A stretch of 24,924 nt of DNA, from the UHGV virus genome UHGV-0876952, one strand, 5' to 3'. The DNA comes from a virus. Both the position numbers and the translations under genes were made by a program. Numbering within the stretch: position 1 is the stretch's first letter; every line of letters starts with the position of its first letter. Below, in pieces: positions 1-8,955 of this stretch. The notes under the pieces are model-generated. The model was not told the DNA's origin and searched no databases. It saw only the letters and a list, made by a program, of their open reading frames with translations.

Positions 1-154
1 AATGAAAATGGCGTGATAGAGAAGACCTCACACCTGACATGGAACAACCGTCGCAAATTCAAGCGTATTAAGCTGGCATCAGGCGGTTATATCGAGGCTA
101 CGTTCCGTCACCCAATCCGTGTGGTTGTAGCGCCATTAATAATTGATTTAAGCA

Positions 155-1099
155 TTAGCAATACCTTTCGAATGGAAGAACAAACACTTCAAGGTCTTCA
201 AGGAACGAACGGAAATTCAGCTCGTAGCACAGTTGCTCGAATGCTTTCACGTCACGATTGCCTTTGATTGTTTCGATTTCGGTAGGCGGAAACTTCGTCT
301 CAATCAGGTTCATTAGCGTGATGTTTCTCTTGAACGCTTCGAGCATTCGACAGCCTGTTTTCTCGTTGAAGGCATTCTTCGCTAGTTTGTTGAAGGCGGT
401 CTTATGGCGTCCTTTGTCAACCACGATTGAGCCGTCGTTGATGCCGCGTACCATCGTTGCGACACTTCCCCATTCATGCAGCAGCTCTTTCGCACCGCCA
501 GCACCAATGCCACCAACACCGCTAATGTTGTCCGATTTATCGCCTTGTAATGCTTTTGCTTCCAAAAATGCGCGAGGAGTAGCGAATCCTGTCAGCTCCG
601 CAAATTGCTCAAAATTAACCTGCTTGTTTTTGGCGTCTTCGCGCAGGCTTACCCAGCTTACGTTTTCGCGAACTAACTGAAGCCAGTCGCTATCGCCTGT
701 TAACAGATAGATGTGTTCAACGATTGGCTGCGGTGCAATGCTGGCTACCAGCAGCCCGGCCAGATCATCCGCTTCTGCATCTTTTGCAATGAGTTGGGTA
801 ACTCCAAGCGCGGTCATCATTTTGAGGATGTATGGCTTCTGGATAGCAAAGCCTTCCTTCATCTTTTTCATATCAGGATCGTCGTCGCGATTTGCTTTGT
901 AGTCCGGGTAAAAGTCGCGACGCTTGTCACTAAATCCATCCCAAAGAATCATAGGTCGGGCATGGAGGATGGAGGCATAACGACGGACGTTCTTAACAAA
1001 GCCGAAAGCAGCCTGTACTTCCATTTCGCCGTTGTGCAATTTGTCAGATTGTTGGTGGTAATAACCCAGGCTATTGCCATCTACGAAGAGATAATTCAC
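155..1099 (-). CDS. 5'-3' exonuclease / flap endonuclease (FEN, T5 D15 / T4 RNase H-like)
   Basis: ORF 155..1150. N-terminal VDGNSL motif and internal GDSDW acidic cluster are typical of the PIN/FEN fold. Start placed at in-frame GTG 1099, preceded by GGAAGGA; the GTG at 1150 lies 10 nt after the upstream stop with no RBS. Confidence 0.75.
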   Translation of the reverse strand: MNYLFVDGNSLGYYHQQSDKLHNGEMEVQAAFGFVKNVRRYASILHARPMILWDGFSDKRRDFYPDYKANRDDDPDMKKMKEGFAIQKPYILKMMTALGVTQLIAKDAEADDLAGLLVASIAPQPIVEHIYLLTGDSDWLQLVRENVSWVSLREDAKNKQVNFEQFAELTGFATPRAFLEAKALQGDKSDNISGVGGIGAGGAKELLHEWGSVATMVRGINDGSIVVDKGRHKTAFNKLAKNAFNEKTGCRMLEAFKRNITLMNLIETKFPPTEIETIKGNRDVKAFEQLCYELNFRSFLEDLEVFVLPFERYC

Positions 1100-1159
1100 C
1101 GGTACATTCCTTCCAAAAAGTAAGGCGTCCGTAGACGCCTTACTGGTCACGTAATGGGA

Positions 1160-2188
1160 TTACAGAGAGTCCAGCTCTCTCAGTAGGTCATCCAGACCTT
1201 CATCTTCCGTCGCAGATGCGGCTGCTACAGATGTCGCTGCGACTGCTTCAGACTCTTTGACTGATACTGCAACGGCAGCGGAACTTGCCTCTGGTTTAAA
1301 TTCAGTTTCAACGGCACGGAGGATTTCTTCATCAACCAGACTGGTTGGTTCAGAAGCCGGTGTGTGCGCGGTTGCTACAGCCGTTGCTCCTTCTGTATGA
1401 CCAGTGACAGAGCCAAATCCAGGTAGTGCCGCAGCCGATGTTTTCGCGGTTGAGGAAATTGCTGGTGCAGATGCTGCGGCAGTTGGTGCAGCGATGCCAA
1501 TCAGACGACCCATAGTGCGAACTGTCGACAGAAGACGAGTTTCATCAGCCTGATTTGCGTATGCGATCAGATCATGCTGGGTGTTCCAGAATTTATCTTC
1601 GATATCGCCTTTGTAGACTTTACGCTTAGGCGAGACGTCATATTTGGTATCGCGACCAGAGCCAGTACGTTTAATCAGGAATGCGTAGCCTTCCTCTTTG
1701 CTCAGTGGATTGCCGATATCATCAGCGATGTCTTCGGTGATTGCTTTGCAGATATCATCGAATACAGTAGACGGCAGCTCGATTAACTGGCATTTCTCAG
1801 CATCTGCGAAATCCTCACGAGCAGAAAGAATGCCGTTGACCAGGTAGCGAGGAGTGGCACGCATTTGACCGATGCGTTCTTCCATTGCTTTGTTACCCTT
1901 GTGACGAGCGCGACCTTCCATCACCATTTCGCATAGCTGACAAGCGCGACCGTGAGTATGTTGCTCACAAATATAAGCGTTGGTTGCTTCTTTACCTTCC
2001 TCGTTCTGATACTTAACGTAGTGCATACCGAAAGTCTGGAAGAACTTACCGTTTGGGTCGTCTTTATTCGGGAAGATGCGGATATAGTTGACGCCGTCTT
2101 TTAAGCGAGTCAGATCAACGTTGTTGCCACGTTTGGCGGCAATGTCTTCACGAGTTTTGTTAAGCAAATCAAGTAATGTCTTAGACAT
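1160..2188 (-). CDS. single-stranded DNA-binding protein, T4 gp32-like
   Basis: 342-aa ORF with strong AAGGAGA RBS before ATG 2188. N-terminal region (IRIFPNKDDPNGKFF, Cys/His cluster C..H..C..C) resembles the gp32 zinc-binding core. C-terminal Ala/Ser/Thr-rich segment ending in an acidic tail (EDEGLDDLLRELDSL). Confidence 0.75.
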   Translation of the reverse strand: MSKTLLDLLNKTREDIAAKRGNNVDLTRLKDGVNYIRIFPNKDDPNGKFFQTFGMHYVKYQNEEGKEATNAYICEQHTHGRACQLCEMVMEGRARHKGNKAMEERIGQMRATPRYLVNGILSAREDFADAEKCQLIELPSTVFDDICKAITEDIADDIGNPLSKEEGYAFLIKRTGSGRDTKYDVSPKRKVYKGDIEDKFWNTQHDLIAYANQADETRLLSTVRTMGRLIGIAAPTAAASAPAISSTAKTSAAALPGFGSVTGHTEGATAVATAHTPASEPTSLVDEEILRAVETEFKPEASSAAVAVSVKESEAVAATSVAAASATEDEGLDDLLRELDSL

Positions 2189-2305
2189 GTGTTTCTCCTT
2201 GTTGTGATTTGGCCGATGGCGCTATGCGCGTTGGGCTTTCGTTCATTCGTGGCTCTTTCGAGCTGTTAAATGATAGATCAGTACTTACTTATTATCTATC
2301 AAAAA

Positions 2306-2761
2306 TCAACGGGGAGTAATAAAGCGTTCAGAGCCTAATCGCTCTAATTCAACGATGGCCATCTTTGACGCCTGAACGATCATGTCTCGGCGATGCGAAA
2401 AGGCGGCGACAGCATGTTTGTATATGTCTGCGATGTGCCGTGCTTCATCCAACTTCTGCCGTTTAGACAGATACTGTGGGTTTGTTTTAACCTTAGCGTC
2501 CAGTACAGATTCGTTGAACTTAATGCCGTTCATACTCAAGTTCTTACGCTCTGTGTCGTATAGCTTTGCTTCAACAGCTTCAAGGTTAAGTTTTGCTTCT
2601 GCGACACTTCTTTCTGCATGGGCGAGTTTTGAGCCATATTCCATCAACAGGCGGGGTTGTCTACGCCAGACTTCTTCCAGATTGTCTCGGTCAAACTCGA
2701 GATCAGACATTATTTTCTCGTAAATATCGGCGATCATGCACATTTCCTTATCACTTATCAT
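2306..2761 (-). CDS. hypothetical protein (possible UvsY-like recombination mediator; speculative)
   Basis: 151-aa ORF directly upstream of the gp32-like gene; predicted helical, charged. Internal ATG at 2737 has a better RBS (AAGGAA) than ATG 2761. Function inferred only from size and position. Confidence 0.55.
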   Translation of the reverse strand: MISDKEMCMIADIYEKIMSDLEFDRDNLEEVWRRQPRLLMEYGSKLAHAERSVAEAKLNLEAVEAKLYDTERKNLSMNGIKFNESVLDAKVKTNPQYLSKRQKLDEARHIADIYKHAVAAFSHRRDMIVQASKMAIVELERLGSERFITPR

Positions 2762-2831
2762 TTTGTATTGATTATATCATTGTAATGATGAGGCAATGAG
2801 CTTGAAGATAGGGGGGTGAGGGGATAAGGGA

Positions 2832-2856
2832 AAACATGGCCTTTATGGCCATGTTT
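2832..2856. terminator. perfect 10-bp hairpin (AAACATGGCC-N5-GGCCATGTTT) just after the dnaE stop
   Basis: Perfect inverted repeat read directly; T-rich on both flanks. Possible bidirectional terminator or attenuator between the 151-aa gene and dnaE. Confidence 0.4.
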
Positions 2857-2862
2857 ATTGGA

Positions 2863-5800
2863 TCACGACTTAATAGTTTCTGCTACGTCGGCTAATATCG
2901 CTTCTAGTCGTTCTCCCTCTTCAGGTCTGAAGTAAAGAATGTTGGGGTTAAACCCGTAAAAGACAGTAACGTCAAGGTCTGGAAGATACTCCTTCCTGCC
3001 GACCAAATCGGATGGCTTGTTTTTGTTGTTAAACAATGCCGTTGCCCGGCTGCCACACGTCAGCACATAGGTCGGACGCACCAGATTGATCTCTTCACGT
3101 ATAAAGTCGGTGAACTGGCCGATCTCGTCTTTGGTGTAGTCTTTTTCTTTGTCTTTAACCTTCTTGCAAACGCCTGTGACATAGAGATCGCCCATGCGTA
3201 AATCTCCAGCCGTCAATAGCTTGGCCTTAAAGTCGTCGTATCCGTTCTCCATAAAGTAACCGGTTCGAGCATCATTGCCGTTCGCATTGTCCAGAATGAT
3301 CATGATTTTCGGCTTAATACCAATGCTGGGGCGGATTAGTTCATCACCTAAGCCCATTTCAGACGCCATCCGCGTCATGAGTACGTTAATTTCAGCCGAA
3401 CGTTTGGGGTTCATCTCAAACGGACGTGAGGCTTTAACTGCGTCTATGACAAGATTTCCCATCAATTCAGCCTGGTCGCGTAGGCGCTCTGGAGCAGTTG
3501 CTGGCAGACTACCTGGCTCGATGGATGCAAACGCCCCTACTTTTTGCAGCGATTCGCGCACTCGACTATTACAGGCACGTTTCTCGACAGCTTCTTCGAA
3601 TTGCGCCAGTGACTCGAATTTGCCGCCAACTTTTTCTCGCGCTCTCATGATGGCTTGGCAGCCATTCTCAGAACACCCCTTCACAGCAGAGAATGGCGCA
3701 TACAGCACCTGGCTGCCATCTTCAAGCGTGCGGATCTCGATTCGGTTAGATGACACGTTAACGTCTGGTGGCAATACGCGAATACCATAGGTCAGCGCAT
3801 CTTTAACCAGCCCCTGGTGTTTATCTTCGCCAAGAATAGTGAGAGCAGCAGCGAAAAACTCTGCGGGATAATGAGTTTTCAACCACATAGATTGATAACT
3901 GATTAAGGAGTAAGCAACAGAGTGTGATTTGTTGAAGGCATATCCACCGAACTTCTCAAAGGCGTCCCATATTTCTTGGGCTTTTTCCTTACTGAGACCT
4001 TCTTGTTCAGAGACGATCTCCACGTAGTCTATGCCGTCACTAATAGCCTCGCTGTAGCTTCTACGCTTACCGTCTGAGCAATCCAGTTTTGCGTGTTTGT
4101 GAACCTCTACAGTACCTCCATTTTTGAGTGACAGTGTCACCCAGCCTGCTTGTGCTCGTTCTTCAAAATCGCTGCCGATCGCTTTCATCTTATCCATGTT
4201 CTTTTTACCGATAGCGGAACGCAGAGCGTCTGCTTCGGCCATAGAGAACCCGGCAAGTACTCGGGAACTTTGCATGATTTGTTCCTGATAGAGCAAAACA
4301 CCATTAGTCTCCCGGGTGACTTCCTCAAGACGCGGATGAATTGAATGTGGAGCCATGAAGCCTTTGGCCACGGACACATAATCGTCCAACATGCCGGATT
4401 GAATCGGGCCAGGTCGGAAGAGCGCAGTTGTAGCGACGACCGTTTTAAAGCTCATTGGCTCAATTCCACCACCTAAATCTTTAAGCAGCTTGCGCATTGG
4501 GCCTGATTCAAGCTGGAATACGCCCTGTGTATACCCTGCAGCAAAACCATCCAGCACCTTGCGATCTTCAAGAGAAATGGCATCAAGATTGATATCTTCA
4601 CCTGTGTTCTCTTTTATGTAGCGTTTTGCACTATCGAGCAAATCGAGAGTTGCCAGGCCAAGCACGTCCAGCTTAATTAGGCCCATAGCCTCGCAGTAAC
4701 GCTTGTCAAATGCGATACAACGCGCGTCACCACGGCGCTCAACCGGTGTACGTTCTGTCAGAGGAACACCTGCTACGATCATCCCTGCCGCATGTCTACC
4801 AAAGCCACGCATAAGGCTTTGTAACTTGCAGGCTGCATTGAATGCATCAGGATATTTTGTTGCGTATTTGTCGAGACTTGCCAGTTGTTCGCGCAGCTCT
4901 TCCAATGGAAGGCTATCATCCTCGACGTTCTTCAGTTCTTTTGATACCGCCATATCTGCGGACTCCACACCATAAATACGAGCGGTATCACGTAGTGCAG
5001 AGGCTGCGCCCAGGTAGGTGAAGTTCGGAATGCCTGCAACGTAATCTTCGCCGTAGCGTTCATTCAGATACTCGATCACCTCATGGCGACGTGCCTGGCT
5101 GAAGTCCAAGTCCGCATCCGGCAAGTCGAGACGCTCAGGGTTGATGAAACGCTCAAACAGAAGACCGTGACGGATTGGGTCGACGTTGGTTATGCCTATG
5201 CACCACGCCACCAGAGAACCGGCAGAGGAACCACGACCAGGCCCGACAGGAATGCCAGTTTCACGGCTGTGATTCATCAGATCGCGTACCATCAGGAAGT
5301 AACCACAAAATCCCAGGCGAGTAAGCGTGTCCATTTCGTACTTAAGTCGCTCAACATAAACCCTGTTCTCAGAAGCCGGTGGTGTGTAGCCAAACTCTTT
5401 TGTGGTAAGACGTTTGCGCAGCCCTGCAACAGCCAGTTTCATCAGCGTTGCAGGCTCGTCGTCTGCCATCTTGGGCAGTGCTGGTGGCAATTCATGCCAG
5501 CGCCATGTACAGGCTTCGATAATGGAGTCCTGCGTTGTTGAGGCCATTGCAGCTGTTACCGGCACATCCATGCGAACGGAGAAGGCTTTAAGCGCCTCAA
5601 GGAGATGGCGGCGACCATTGACGGCGTTATCTCGCTGGTGGGGGATACGCAGACGATGCGGCTGGTCGATTTTGATGTTGTTCGTAACCATGTGCGCAAT
5701 GTCTTTAATGTCTGCATCGTCGATCGATTCGTAATAAGCGGGATAGAACGCCACTGGCTCTATTTTCAATGCGCTGGCGACTTTCATCGCCCGGACGTTA

Positions 5801-6369
5801 ATCTGGTCGTAGAATGGGGTAGGGTGCGGATAAACCACACTATAGAAGTTGTCTTTTCCACCCGCTGTAATCAGTGTGCTTATGATTTTTGCAAAATCGT
5901 TGCGTTGGAACACGCTACCGATGTCGGAAGTAAGCAGGATGATGTTGCCTTTGGCATATGTAGAAACCAACTGTTCGAGCGAGAGACGCGGTACAAAGTA
6001 GAACTGTTCTCGTGTGTTGGCCGCCGTCATTAGTTCGCAGATGTCGCGATATCCTTGCTCATTTTTAATTAGAGCGGTAAACGAGTAGTTACGTCCCCGC
6101 TCTAATGATTCCATACATCTCATAGATTCTTTAGCAAGTTTAGCCCGGTGCTCGTATGTGGGATCATCAACAATGTTTAGTTTCACACCACAAATAACCG
6201 CCATGTCGTCACCAGCGGCACGTTGTAGTGGAATAACGCTCGCAATATTCATGCTATCTGCTGAAATTACAGCGGTGTAGCCAGCTTCTCTGGCAATCTT
6301 CACCGCGTTTTCTGCTTTTAGAGCCGACTCCCCAAGTGAGAAGTCAGTTCGAACCATCAGTGCCTTCAT
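2863..6369 (-). CDS. dnaE: DNA polymerase III alpha subunit (DnaE-type, PHP domain N-terminus)
   Basis: 1168-aa ORF. N-terminal PHP-like region, conserved core GFCGYFLMVRD...GPGRGSSAGSLVAWCIGITNVDP...DLPDADLDF characteristic of DnaE/PolC-family C polymerases. RBS AAGGT before ATG 6369. Confidence 0.9.
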   Translation of the reverse strand: MKALMVRTDFSLGESALKAENAVKIAREAGYTAVISADSMNIASVIPLQRAAGDDMAVICGVKLNIVDDPTYEHRAKLAKESMRCMESLERGRNYSFTALIKNEQGYRDICELMTAANTREQFYFVPRLSLEQLVSTYAKGNIILLTSDIGSVFQRNDFAKIISTLITAGGKDNFYSVVYPHPTPFYDQINVRAMKVASALKIEPVAFYPAYYESIDDADIKDIAHMVTNNIKIDQPHRLRIPHQRDNAVNGRRHLLEALKAFSVRMDVPVTAAMASTTQDSIIEACTWRWHELPPALPKMADDEPATLMKLAVAGLRKRLTTKEFGYTPPASENRVYVERLKYEMDTLTRLGFCGYFLMVRDLMNHSRETGIPVGPGRGSSAGSLVAWCIGITNVDPIRHGLLFERFINPERLDLPDADLDFSQARRHEVIEYLNERYGEDYVAGIPNFTYLGAASALRDTARIYGVESADMAVSKELKNVEDDSLPLEELREQLASLDKYATKYPDAFNAACKLQSLMRGFGRHAAGMIVAGVPLTERTPVERRGDARCIAFDKRYCEAMGLIKLDVLGLATLDLLDSAKRYIKENTGEDINLDAISLEDRKVLDGFAAGYTQGVFQLESGPMRKLLKDLGGGIEPMSFKTVVATTALFRPGPIQSGMLDDYVSVAKGFMAPHSIHPRLEEVTRETNGVLLYQEQIMQSSRVLAGFSMAEADALRSAIGKKNMDKMKAIGSDFEERAQAGWVTLSLKNGGTVEVHKHAKLDCSDGKRRSYSEAISDGIDYVEIVSEQEGLSKEKAQEIWDAFEKFGGYAFNKSHSVAYSLISYQSMWLKTHYPAEFFAAALTILGEDKHQGLVKDALTYGIRVLPPDVNVSSNRIEIRTLEDGSQVLYAPFSAVKGCSENGCQAIMRAREKVGGKFESLAQFEEAVEKRACNSRVRESLQKVGAFASIEPGSLPATAPERLRDQAELMGNLVIDAVKASRPFEMNPKRSAEINVLMTRMASEMGLGDELIRPSIGIKPKIMIILDNANGNDARTGYFMENGYDDFKAKLLTAGDLRMGDLYVTGVCKKVKDKEKDYTKDEIGQFTDFIREEINLVRPTYVLTCGSRATALFNNKNKPSDLVGRKEYLPDLDVTVFYGFNPNILYFRPEEGERLEAILADVAETIKS
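6104..6123. repeat. copy of the 20-bp element inside the dnaE coding sequence (minus-strand reading ATGAGATGTATGGAATCATT)
   Basis: Read directly; lies in the dnaE frame (encodes M-R-C-M-E-S-L around residue 84-90); identical 20/20 to the intergenic copy at 15868-15887. Confidence 0.6.
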
Positions 6370-6547
6370 GTGTTTTTACCTTTCTGGTTTTTTTGATTTT
6401 GTCATTGGGGAAGCCTACGAACTTCCCATGCATCGAAATCGCAACTTCTTTTGCTGATTGGTGACAATCGGGCTTGTCTGGACACACCAGACAAGCCTTA
6501 CCAGTTTCAGAAGCAGCGATAAGAGAGCCGAAACATCCTTTACGCAC
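6344..6547 (-). CDS. small Cys-rich hypothetical protein (possible zinc ribbon)
   Basis: 67-aa ORF between cobS-like and dnaE; GTG start 2 nt after the cobS-like stop; overlaps the dnaE start by 26 nt. Cys pattern C-x13-C-x2-C-x5-C. No clear RBS, so coding status uncertain. Confidence 0.3.
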   Translation of the reverse strand: MRKGCFGSLIAASETGKACLVCPDKPDCHQSAKEVAISMHGKFVGFPNDKIKKTRKVKTHEGTDGSN

Positions 6548-6549
6548 GA

Positions 6550-7785
6550 TTAACCAAATATTTTTTGAACAACTTCACGAGCCGCTTGTGCAGAAGCTGA
6601 AGGGAGTTTGTTAATGAAAGAACGCTCAATACCTGTCACAAAGTCGCCTCGCATCATTCCAATCTTGGCCGACAACAAAAGTTCACGAGGGCCAATTGGC
6701 TGACTGATAAGGTGTTCTTCGTATCCATCGCGAACGATACCGGCAAACTTAACCATCTTTTCTGCGTATTCATCCACGATACCGGCATTTATCAACATGT
6801 TGATCTCTGCCTCTTTGCTCATGTATTTCACATTCGAAACGATGCCAAAACGCGAAAAGTTCGCGGCGTTCTGGATGTTTGTACCCTGGTACAAGCCGGT
6901 TTCATCACCAGATCCGTTCGTGTTGCCAGTGCCAATGAAAGCAAACCGTTCATGCGGAGTAATGCGACGCCATTCTGGAGTCGCCTCTTTGATGACCAAC
7001 GCTTCACCTTCCAGCACTGGCTGATACACGCCAAGAATCTGTGGAAACGCAAAGTCGTATTCATCCGCGAGGTAAACCCAGCCATGCTTCATTGCGAGCG
7101 CAAGCAAGCCAGGCTCGAAATACGTAGAGCCATCACGCGCCAGAATTTGTCCCGTAACATGAGCCTCTTCCATTGATGCTGTATGTTGGGCACGGATTAA
7201 CGGACGATTGAGCAAAGCACATAGTTGTGTAGGCAATGAAGATTTGCCTGTTCCTGCATGACCCCACAAATAGCCAGGTATGCCAAGTTCAAGCATCATG
7301 AAAATGTCTTTGATCAGTTCGAAGTCGCCATATACGTATCCCTTCTTCACTTCTGGAACGAACTCTGGAAACGGCGTATTGACGTTGACGCTAACCATGA
7401 GCGGCGTCCCACGTTTTGTTCCGAGTTCTTTCACCGTTACATTTAGCAGTTCGTGAGCTGCGACCAGATCTGTCTTGTACTCAACTGTGCCTGTGTAGCC
7501 TGGGCTACTGGTCACGCCAGATGATTTGGCCATTTCGCTTTTTTGCTCGGCACGTTTAGCTTGAATTGCATCAAGTGCCTTTTTCGATAGCGTTGGCTCA
7601 TCTGGAAACTGTGTTGTGTACATTTTCAGTACGGTGTCAGGATCGGCATCTTTTACTGACTCAGGAATGCCCTCGCAATTACCATTGGCTACATGGGACT
7701 TAAAATAGTGAAATGATTTTCCGCACCACTTGCAAACAAGGTAATCAGAAGGATTTTTTTCATTTTGCAGTGCAGTAGTAGTCAT
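6550..7785 (-). CDS. AAA+ ATPase, MoxR/CobS-like
   Basis: 411-aa ORF with Walker A GHAGTGKSS and Walker B-like VYLADEYD; N-terminal CxxC...C..C cluster. RBS AAGGA before ATG 7785. Followed by vWA-domain ORFs, the typical MoxR-vWA pairing. Confidence 0.8.
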   Translation of the reverse strand: MTTTALQNEKNPSDYLVCKWCGKSFHYFKSHVANGNCEGIPESVKDADPDTVLKMYTTQFPDEPTLSKKALDAIQAKRAEQKSEMAKSSGVTSSPGYTGTVEYKTDLVAAHELLNVTVKELGTKRGTPLMVSVNVNTPFPEFVPEVKKGYVYGDFELIKDIFMMLELGIPGYLWGHAGTGKSSLPTQLCALLNRPLIRAQHTASMEEAHVTGQILARDGSTYFEPGLLALAMKHGWVYLADEYDFAFPQILGVYQPVLEGEALVIKEATPEWRRITPHERFAFIGTGNTNGSGDETGLYQGTNIQNAANFSRFGIVSNVKYMSKEAEINMLINAGIVDEYAEKMVKFAGIVRDGYEEHLISQPIGPRELLLSAKIGMMRGDFVTGIERSFINKLPSASAQAAREVVQKIFG

Positions 7786-7880
7786 GCGTTTTTCCTTTGT
7801 TTTCTAATGAGCGTTCAACTTCTTATATAAATATATCATTAACTATCGTAAGTGGTTACTTATCGTTAAGGCTGTTTTGT

Positions 7881-8528
7881 TCACTTTAAAATGATACGAG
7901 ATAGTTCAGTAACTACAGATGAACCAAGACTATCAACGCTCGTTACCAGGGCATGATTTGAGTAAAATCTCTCCGGTGCGTCAGTCATGATGCCAATTGC
8001 CATCAAATCAATGTCAGTCTGCGTTTCAATTTGCTTCGCAACCGAACGCAAATGAGCGTCAAAACCTCTCCCAACAGCCCACGGCGCGCCATCACTCAGA
8101 ACAAGCATGATCTTCCTGTCCTCCATGCGACCGGAAAATAACGATGCAAGGCTGGCTATGCTTTCACCATCCACATTATTAAGAAGTGGGAATGTGTAGC
8201 CTACGCACCCCATACGTGAGCGAACTTCGCGAGAATTTACCTTTTCATTCCAATTTTTGATGATAGGTAGCATTAAAGATTCAAAGCGAGAGAACTCATA
8301 CTTGACAGCCTTAAGTTCTCCTGCCGCCATATGACTACCAAATGTAGTGAAGCCGGTGATAATGTTGGGAACATTTATTCGATCAAGGGCATCGGCGATG
8401 GTATATGCACTTGCAAGAGCCAATTGTATCGTTATACCACTCATTGAACCTGATAAATCAATCACTTGTTGAACACAGGCGTTAACGGCTTTAGATTCTT
8501 CTTTTTTACGTAAACACGCGATCATCAT
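7881..8528 (-). CDS. von Willebrand factor A (vWA) domain protein, CobT C-terminal-like
   Basis: 215-aa ORF with MIDAS motif DLSGSMSG near the N-terminus. Overlaps the upstream ORF by 23 nt with no RBS; may be the C-terminal part of a split CobT-like gene. Confidence 0.65.
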   Translation of the reverse strand: MMIACLRKKEESKAVNACVQQVIDLSGSMSGITIQLALASAYTIADALDRINVPNIITGFTTFGSHMAAGELKAVKYEFSRFESLMLPIIKNWNEKVNSREVRSRMGCVGYTFPLLNNVDGESIASLASLFSGRMEDRKIMLVLSDGAPWAVGRGFDAHLRSVAKQIETQTDIDLMAIGIMTDAPERFYSNHALVTSVDSLGSSVVTELSRIILK

Positions 8529-8955
8529 TCATTGCTAATCTGTAGATACTAGAACCATGAATGCGCCCCCGACGCTGGCCCGGTATAAACTGAACTCTGT
8601 TTCTGCTTGCTATTGCTCGCTCCAGGTCTTTTGCCAGCGTCGACGAAACACCTGACGAAAGATGCTTTTCAATATATTTGTCGAAGAGCTGGTTGCCTTC
8701 AGGAACGATGCGATAGCGGCTGATTGGATATCCTCCTAAATCAATATCGGAGAATGTTTTAATAAGCCGTTTGATATGGGCTTCTGCCTGATCAATCGAG
8801 CCGATGAAGTCGTATGAGCGATTGTATGGCCTGTATTCGCTTTTCGAGCTTTCTGTTAACTCGCTTTTAATCGTTTCGGATAGAGCATCTTCTGTCATGC
8901 CTCCGACTTCATCTTCTATGCTATCCAGCTCCTCTAAAGCCTCTTCCAGACTCAT
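8506..8955 (-). CDS. hypothetical acidic protein (possible middle segment of CobT-like gene)
   Basis: 149-aa ORF; ATG overlaps the upstream stop (ATGA); no RBS; its frame is open upstream to 9013 through an A-rich tract. Confidence 0.5.
   Translation of the reverse strand: MSLEEALEELDSIEDEVGGMTEDALSETIKSELTESSKSEYRPYNRSYDFIGSIDQAEAHIKRLIKTFSDIDLGGYPISRYRIVPEGNQLFDKYIEKHLSSGVSSTLAKDLERAIASRNRVQFIPGQRRGRIHGSSIYRLAMNDDRVFT

Noticed and set aside
13-6033. Plus-strand ORFs lying antisense inside long minus-strand genes (for example 13..267, 258..680, 713..1123, 3275..3790, 5083..5541, 5605..6033)
   Set aside because: Each is embedded in a gene with clear motif support on the opposite strand (FEN, gp32-like SSB, DnaE); they are shadow ORFs.
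7826-7833. TATAAATA, matching the T4 late-promoter consensus, upstream of the cobS-like gene
   Set aside because: The match is on the plus strand while the downstream gene is on the minus strand; in AT-rich intergenic DNA a single 8-mer match is not significant.
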